A stretch of DNA of 19,173 bases from Tubiluchus corallicola. Its lineage: Eukaryota > Animalia > Priapulida. Location of the stretch: the NCBI GenBank assembly GCA_030141605.1, contig JAQGDQ010001963.1:1-19173 (forward strand), read 5' to 3'. The notes below the pieces were generated by a model that saw only the letters and a program-made list of their open reading frames with translations, did not search any database and was not told where the DNA came from. A program made the translations under genes and the position numbers. Shown in pieces: positions 10,720 to 19,173 of this stretch (positions within the stretch are counted from its first letter, which is position 1; every line of letters begins with the position of its first letter).

Positions 10720-11162
10720 TACTCAAACTGTCTCAACACTTTCCCACATGCTAAAAATAATCTTGAATTACAGTTTAAAATATATTCTTATTTTTAACCT
10801 AAATTGATCCAGGATTTCGGCCAACGTTCTTTTTTTATTTTTGAATACTAAAATTATTGGTCTGTTATAATAATCTGATTTTGAACATTTTGAGACCTAT
10901 GGAAACGGTGAAATTAAAGGCAGCGATACAATTATTAAGGAATTACGTGAAAATTCAACATCGTTGAAGAATTCACTTCGTAGCGCCATAGTTAAATAAG
11001 TTTCCTTTTTGATAGTAAACAATGCCGACCTCAGCCTGTCTACTTGGTTTGAAGCACAGAAACTCCCATCAAATACCTTACTAAACATTTACTTATATAT
11101 GTTTATTGACTGATAGCCGAACATGATATTTTGGTTCAGTCCATAGATCACTACAAAAAAGG

Positions 11163-12633
11163 ACTTTTGATCATATAACATGATCATTACTGCCAAAAAA
11201 TAAATGAAGAATTATTTACAAATTCTCACTAAACACTTATTATCGCCTAACGTGATCATTACTGTCCAAAAACAGCTCAAGGGTTATTTACCAATTCACG
11301 ATAAACACTTTTGATCACATAACGTGATCATTACTGTCCAAAAACAGCTCAAGGGTTATTTACCAATTCACGATAAACACTTTTGATCACATAACGTGAT
11401 CATTACTGTCCAAAAACAGCTCAAGGGTTATTTACCAATTCACGATAAACACTTTTGATCACATAACATGATCATTACCGTCCAAAACAGCTCAAGGGTT
11501 ATTTACAAATTCACGATAAACACTTTTGACCACATAACATGATCATTACTGTCCAAAAACAGCTCAAGGGTTATTTACAAATTCACGATAAACACTTTTG
11601 ATCACATAACATGATCATTACTGTCCAAAAACAGCTCAAGGGTTATTTACAAATTCACGATAAACACTTTTGATCACATAACATGATCATTACTGTCCAA
11701 AAACAGCTCAAGGGTTATTTACAAATTCACAATAAACACTTTTGATCACATAACATGATCATTACTGTCCAAAAACAGCTCAAGGGTTATTTACAAATTC
11801 ACGATAAACACTTTTGATCACATAACATGATCATTACTGTCCAAAAACAGCTCAAGGGTTATTTACAAATTCACAATAAACACTTTTGATCACATAACAT
11901 GATCATTACTGTCCAAAAACAGCTCAAGGGTTATTTACAAATTCACGATAAACACTTTTGATCACATAACATGATCATTACTGTCCAAAAACAGCTCAAG
12001 GGTTATTTACAAATTCACAATAAACACTTTTGATCACATAACATGATCATTACTGTCCAAAAACAGCTCAAGGGTTATTTACAAATTCACGATAAACACT
12101 TTTGATCACATAACATGATCATTACTGTCCAAAAACAGCTCAAGGGTTATTTACAAATTCACGATAAACACTTTTGATCACATAACATGATCATTACCGT
12201 CCAAAACAGCTCAAGGGTTATTTACAAATTCACGATAAACACTTTTGACCACATAACATGATCATTACTGTCCAAAAACAGCTCAAGGGTTATTTACAAA
12301 TTCACGATAAACACTTTTGATCACATATGATCATTACTGTCCAAAAACAGCTCAAGGGTTATTTACAAATTCACGATAAACACTTTTGATCACATAACAT
12401 GATCATTACTGTCCAAAAACAGCTCAAGGGTTATTTACAAATTCACGATAAACACTTTTGATCACATAACATGATCATTACTGTCCAAAAACAGCTAAAG
12501 AGTCATACAAATTCACGATAAACACTTTTGATCACATAACATGATCATTACTGTCCAAAAACAGCTCAAGGGTTATTTACAAATTCACGATAAACACTTT
12601 TGATCACATAACATGATCATTACTGTCCAAAAA
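11163..12633. repeat. 72 bp minisatellite, ~20 copies
   Basis: Unit ACTTTTGATCACATAACATGATCATTACTGTCCAAAAACAGCTCAAGGGTTATTTACAAATTCACGATAAAC, head-to-tail with no spacers. The first one or two units are diverged. Confidence 0.98.
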
Positions 12634-13007
12634 TGCACAATATGACTTTGGGTTTCCATTGAATAATTCATGCAGATCGTTAAAGTTCAATTCAATGTTA
12701 TCTTCACGAAGGTGATTCTTAAGCTTACAGCTTCAGCTAAATTAATTTAGCACAATTGGAAAAAATAAGGGAAATTCAAGCTTTTTTTCTACTCTGAAAT
12801 ACGTTTACAAGGCTGCAGCCTAATGACATTAGAAAAAGAGTGTAAAACTTATCAATACCTTTGTCAAACGTTGGCCACAATCTCTTGTCGTAGGTCTTCA
12901 GAACTTCATCTAACGCTTTGAAGACGTCAGCATTAACTTTCGCCCTGAAAAATGCATTAGTCGTATGTTCATTTACGTTACACGTATTAATTTATGTGTT
13001 CAGGTGT

Positions 13008-13051
13008 TCATTACTTGCACGTCATTACTTGCACGTCATTACTTGCACGTC
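13008..13051. repeat. 14 bp tandem triplication
   Basis: TCATTACTTGCACG x3, exact. Confidence 0.95.
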
Positions 13052-13205
13052 TTTTCAGAAGACGCTTGCTAAAGTATGCCATGATTTGATATGATCTGAT
13101 TTACTTCTTTATTTCAAACTTTCGTTCATATATATACAACAAAAATACAAGTAAATAAACAACACAAAGCACACAATGTAAACACAACACAAAACCACAT
13201 TACAA

Positions 13206-13500
<295 letters not shown>

Positions 13501-13977
13501 CATTTCGCATTGGCTTCAATCATTATATCAATGAATGTCAACAATGTAAAAATTAAGCATACAATTTCGTTCTCCAAATCTTTCTTATACTGGAAGTAAA
13601 TAAGGTATCACTACCGAATATCGTTCTACATAACAAGTTTTTACTGTTTAAAATTCTAGTATTCAGACTGTAAATGCTTCTTTTGTAAATAACATCAAAG
13701 TACACTAATTTATGCGTCACAGAAATGTCCCTGGCACTGTGATCGAACTAATAATTGAAAAATTTTCGCATTGATTTATTATAGTAGTAACCACATGGTT
13801 TGCGCGCACCATAACTGCTTATTAATTTGTTCAGCTAGAAAGGCAACTTGTATTACGTATCGCGCTACGCAATATTGATATAACTGTTTGTGGTGGGTAG
13901 GCGTATATACAGCATTAGCGTGACAGCTAGGCAGGCAATACACTTCGGTACGGTAAGAAAAAACTTTTAAAAGTACT

Positions 13978-15125
13978 GTATGTTTTCAACAGTACGATAC
14001 GCTACGAAATTACGGTATGTTTTCAACAGTACGATACGCTACGAAATTACGGTATGTTTTCAACAGTACGATACGCTACGAAATTACGGTATGTTTTCAA
14101 CAGTACGATACGCTACGAAATTACGGTATGTTTTCAACAGTACGATACGTTACGAAATTACGGTATATTTTCAACAGTACAATACGCTACGAAATTACGG
14201 TATGTTTTCAACAGTAAGATACGCTACGAAATTACGGTATGTTTTCAACAGTACTATACGCTACGAAATTACGGTATGTTTTCAACAGTACGATACGCTA
14301 CGAAATTACGGTATGTTTTCAACAGTACGACACGCTACGAAATTACGGTATGTTTTCAACAGTACGATACGCTACGAAATTACGGTATGTTTTCAACGGT
14401 ACGATACGCTACGAAATTACGGTATGTTTTCAACAGTACGATACGCTACGAAAGTAATGTATGTTTTCAACAGTACAATAATTACGGTATGTTTTCAACG
14501 GTACGATACGCTACGAAATTACGGTATGTTTTCAACAGTACGATACGCGACGAAATTACGGTATGTTTTCAACAGTACGATACGCTACGAAATTACGGTG
14601 TGTTTTCAACAGTACGATACGCTACGAAATTACGGTATGTTTTCAACAGTACGACACGTTACGAAATTACGGTATGTTTTCAACAGTACGATACGTTACG
14701 AAATTACGGTATGTTTTCAACAGTACGATAAGATACGAAATTACGGTATGTTTTCAACAGTACGATACGCTACGAAATTACGGTATGTTTTCAACGGTAC
14801 GATACGCTACGAAATTACGGTATGTTTTCAACAGTACGATACGCTACGAAATTACGGTGTGTTTTCAACAGTACGATACGCTACGAAATTACGGTATGTT
14901 TTCAACAGTACGATACGCTACGAAATTACGGTATGTTTTCAACAGTACGATACGTTACGAAATTACGGTATGTTTTCAACAGTACGATAAGCTACGAAAT
15001 TACGATATGTTTTCAACAGTACGATACGCTACGAAATTACGGTATGTTTTCAACAGTACGATACGCTACGATATTACGGTATGTTTTCAACAGTACGATA
15101 AGCTACGAAATTACGTTATGTTTTC
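13978..15125. repeat. 37 bp minisatellite, ~31 copies
   Basis: Unit GTATGTTTTCAACAGTACGATACGCTACGAAATTACG, head-to-tail, with one shortened unit near 14460-14486. Confidence 0.98.
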
Positions 15126-15291
15126 GTGTCTTCATCGCACCGTTTCCGTATCATTTTACTCAGGTTCTTGTAGCGTTTTCATTGGTCAGCAACTAAGCAT
15201 GACGTCATGTTTTGCCTCATGGGTGGGGACTTATTGTCCTCATCTAATTAACACAGAATTCACGTCAACATTAACTTATACATCAGCATGT

Positions 15292-15440
15292 GACTAGACA
15301 GTTTAGCCTTGTAGTAACACGTCCACTTTCGGTCTGAGAGGTCGTGAGTTCGATACAGCGGCCGGGTCATACCAAAAACTTTAAAAATGGTGCCTTGCTG
15401 TTGCCCTGCCTGGCGCGTGGCATTTAGAGTACAAGTGGGG
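15292..15440 (+). mobile_element. tRNA-derived SINE fragment with Meta-domain-like core
   Basis: Degenerate A box (TAGCCTTGTAGTAA, ~15304) and B box (GAGTTCGATAC, 15346-15356) at tRNA-like spacing. These are followed by GTCATACCAAAAACTTTAAAAATGGTGCCTTGCTGTTGCCCTGCCTGGCGCGTGGCATT, which I recall as resembling the MetaSINE central domain (family assignment from memory). Confidence 0.7.
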
Positions 15441-16304
15441 TAAAAATGTTAGTTTTTATAATCAAAGAGAGTGCTTAAAATATAATACTCGCGTTCGTGT
15501 TTTGTTTATATAAATAATTTAATAGAAATCAGGATACATCCTTGAAATCAAACATGTGTACACATTAGCAAAGTAGATACAGAAAAAAATTAAAAGTTGG
15601 TTTATTTTTGCTTTCGGAGCACCTCTGTACAAAAAAGGGCTCGCCAAAAAAAGTCTCATCTTAGAGTGCCAAATATGGCTTGAGTGCCGGTATGGCTTAT
15701 AGGACTGGAAATTTCATAAATATGATTTGATTTATGAAGGTTGAACTTATACAACTGCTTGTGGTGTGTTAGTTGAGGCGCGTAATTTAACTTATGGACT
15801 TAGGTTTCACATAACTGCCTGTGGTGTATTAGTGCATTTCTACATAATTGTAACCAAACCTTTGTGTAGCATTAACTTAATAATTATAATATGATCAAGA
15901 ACTAACACGCTTATAACCAATCTTTTTTCTGCCAAAAGCTGAGCATTTATGACTGAAAGACTTATATAAACAACTATAATTCTTTGGACTAGTTTTTTAC
16001 CAACTACAGGTCTAAGAAGTGCTGTTCTACCATTTGCTGGACTTGTGGCAGAAGCAAGTTTCTGTTTCTAAGGCCACATTTTCATTAAAATTTTGCCCAA
16101 TTACTTAAAGTAATTACGTTTGAGCAAATTACCAAGCAATTAATTCGGTTAATGAAAGTGATTCTAAGTCCAAAATTTGCAATTACCAAGTTGTTTGGGA
16201 ACCCTGCCTCTAATATCAATCCCACAAATAAATTATATTTCAAATCAAAGCTGAAAAGTAACTCGTGGTTAAGCCATACTTTCAGACAGTGACAAATACA
16301 ATAA

Positions 16305-16347
16305 TTTAATAATAATTAATAACAACATAATAATAATAATAATAATA

Positions 16348-16427
<80 letters not shown>

Positions 16428-16568
16428 AACGATAACAATAACAATAATAATAACAATAACAATAACAATAACAATAACAATAACAATAACAATAACAATA
16501 ACAATAACAATAACAATAATAATAACAATAACAATAACAATAATAATAATAATAATAATAATCAATAA
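16305..16568. repeat. Compound (AAT)n-(GAT)n-(AATAAC)n microsatellite
   Basis: Consecutive in-register trinucleotide blocks. Explains the poly-M/S/I ORFs. Confidence 0.98.
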
Positions 16569-16674
16569 TTTTATTACTTTAATTTCCAATTATGCTACTA
16601 TTTTCTAATCACTACTAAGCATTACGCAGTTTCGGCAAATATCAAGCAACGTCGTTGTTGCCTTTGCTAAGCAC

Positions 16675-16836
16675 TCATCGACATCATCACTGTCATCGTT
16701 ACCATAATCATCATCGACATCATCACTGTCATCGTTACCATAATCATCATCGACATCATCACTGTCATCGTTACCATAATCATCATCGACATCATCACTG
16801 TCATCGTTACCATAATCATCATTGACATCGTCTTCA
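16675..16836. repeat. 36 bp minisatellite, ~4.4 copies
   Basis: Unit TCATCGACATCATCACTGTCATCGTTACCATAATCA. The minus strand reads DDVDDDYGNDDS per unit. Confidence 0.95.
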
Positions 16837-17774
16837 TTAAAGATTAACGAAATCACAGGTAAGATATAATCTTAAGGGAAGACAGGATGATTTTTCATAA
16901 ACTACCCCATTTTCAAGTCTGACAAAAAGTATACATTTTAACACCATTAACACTGCAAAAGCGTTTCTGATAATTAAATAATAAATTAAAATCTTATTTA
17001 ACGGCGGGCGAGCCCAGCTATTGATGACCTCACAAACTAACATAACCTTCAACAGCAATAACATTCCACGAGCGTGTTGCACGTGTTTGCGAAAGCGAAA
17101 ATTGAAGTACAGTGCTGCTGTAAGATATTCAGTGTGTTTTACTAAAACTAGACAAGTTTTAAGATGAAAATTCAAATTTCAAATTTACCACTGTGCTCAC
17201 GCATGAGCTGTAGAACATGTGCAGTTCCCTAGAAAGGATCACATCAGAAATGAGAAGTACAGCACCTGTTTTTCTTTGTGCAACGCGTTTTCGAATGGTG
17301 AAATGCATGTAACAGCGAAGAACTAGTGGCGCGAACGCGAAATTGTGTTTGTGTGGTAATAATTGTTTCACGTAACTCATTTTTGAAAAAGTAGTACGTT
17401 TCCTTTCAATATTGTAAAGAGTAGATTGTTTTGACTTACAGTTTAAGATTTGGTCTGGTTTTGCTTTATCCGTTATGGTGGTACTTATGTCCTAATATCT
17501 CATATATATCCTAATACATCCTATAAAAAACAAACGTAAAAAACCTAGATAAGTTTACCACTTTACATTATTACACATACATACCCCAAGCAGAAGTTGA
17601 CACAATTGACCATTGTCCACACTAAAATCCAGCCACTTGTACAAAGAATCGAAGCCACATCAATGTACATTCTTACTCATATTGTATGTAACTACAACCA
17701 AGGCAACATCTTGAGAAGTTGTCGTTCTCCTGTAATAAAAATTTATTGTTTGTTACCAAAATGAATCTAATACA

Positions 17775-19173
17775 AGTTCAGTCCCGTCCGCCTCAGTCAC
17801 ATTACAACACCCTACGCTGATAGTTCAGTCCCGTCCACCTCAGTCACATTACAACACCCTATTCTGATAGTTCAGTCCCGTCCACTTCAGTCACATTATA
17901 ACACCCTATGCTGATAGTTCAATCCCGTCCACCTCAGTGACATTACAACACCCTATTCTGATAGTTCAGTCCCGTCCACCTCAGTCACGTTACAACACCC
18001 TATTCTGATAGTTCAGTCCCGTCCGCCTCAGTCACATTACAACACCCTATTCTGATAGTTCAATCCCGCCCGCCTCAGTCACATTACAACACCCTATTCT
18101 GATAGTTCAGTCCCGTCCGCCTCAGTCACATTACAACACCCTATTCTGATAGTTCAATCCCGTCCACCTCAGTCACGTTACAACACCCTATTCTGATAGT
18201 TCAGTCCCGTCCGCCTCAGTCACATTACAACACCCTATGCTGATAGTTCAATCCCGTCCACCTCAGTCACATTACAACACCCTATTCTGATAGTTCAATC
18301 CCGTCCGCCTCAGTCACATTACAACACCCTATGCTGATAGTTCAGTCCCGTCCACCTCAGTCACATTACAACACCCTATGCTGATAGTTCAATCCCGTCC
18401 GCCTCAGTCACATTACAACACCCTATTCTGATAGTTCAGTCCCGTCCGCCTCAGTCACATTACAACACCCTATTCTGATAGTTCAATCCCGTCCACCTCA
18501 GTCACATTACAACACCCTATTCTGATAGTTCAATCCCGTCTGCCTCAGTCACATTACAACACCCTATTCTGATAGTTCAATCCCGTCCACCTCAGTCACA
18601 TTACAACACCCTATTCTGATAGTTCAGTCCCGTCCACCTCAGTCACATTACAACACCCTATTCTGATAGTTCAATCCCGTCCGCCTCAGTCACATTACAA
18701 CACCCTATGCTGATAGTTCAATCCCGTCCACCTCAGTCACATTACAACACCCTATGCTGATAGTTCAGTCCCGTCCGCCTCAGTCACATTACAACACCCT
18801 ATGCTGATAGTTCAATCCCGTCCACCTCAGTCACATTACAACACCCTATGCTGATAGTTCAATCCCGTCCGCCTCAGTCACATTACAACACCCTATGCTG
18901 ATAGTTCAATCCCGTCCGCCTCAGTCACATTACAACACCCTATGCTGATAGTTCAATCCCGTCCACCTCAGTCACATTACAACACCCTATTCTGATAGTT
19001 CAGTCCCGTCCGCCTCAGTCACATTACAACACCCTATTCTGATAGTTCAGTCCCGTCCACCTCAGTCACATTACAACACCCTATTCTGATAGTTCAATCC
19101 CGTCCGCCTCAGTCACATTACAACACCCTATGCTGATAGTTCAATCCCGTCCACCTCAGTCACATTACAACAC
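17775..19173. repeat. 47 bp minisatellite, >=29 copies, continuing past the window end
   Basis: Unit AGTTCA(G/A)TCCCGTCC(G/A)CCTCAGTCACATTACAACACCCTAT(T/G)CTGAT, head-to-tail. Confidence 0.98.

Noticed and set aside
16837-17380. 112 aa and 73 aa minus-strand ORFs, and similar short ORFs at 8279-11088
   Set aside because: Short, with no recognisable domains, mostly non-ATG starts, and no supporting exon structure.
16872-17408. Kolobok-like element (TTAA-GGGAAG... / ...ACGTTTCCT-TTCA)
   Set aside because: The putative TIRs align only weakly and the right TTAA is imperfect. Possible, but not supportable by eye.
17775-19173. Hammerhead ribozyme in the 47 bp tandem unit (CTGAT)
   Set aside because: Reads CTGATAG rather than CTGANGA, and the unit has no GAAA core or supporting stems on either strand.

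Overview
AT-rich, repeat-dense eukaryotic non-coding DNA (intron or intergenic). It most likely comes from an invertebrate animal, since the 5S-like head and the Meta-type SINE core resemble lophotrochozoan/mollusc sequences as I recall them (inference). No protein-coding gene can be supported: every long ORF is a translation of a microsatellite, a minisatellite or a SINE. The most notable content is two minus-strand copies (1612-2145, 5576-6050) of a ~0.55 kb 5S rRNA-headed SINE (SINE3 type) with a structured body and a (CAA)n-like tail. There are also five TIR-bounded non-autonomous DNA transposons (MITEs): one contains a ~750 bp (GA)n tract and one has foldback-like modular arms. The rest comprises a tRNA-derived SINE fragment with a Meta-like core, three long minisatellite arrays (72, 37 and 47 bp units), a 36 bp Asp-codon-like repeat, several microsatellites, and two clusters of transcription-factor-like motifs with nearby splice-like signals. 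There is no CRISPR array or prokaryotic system.
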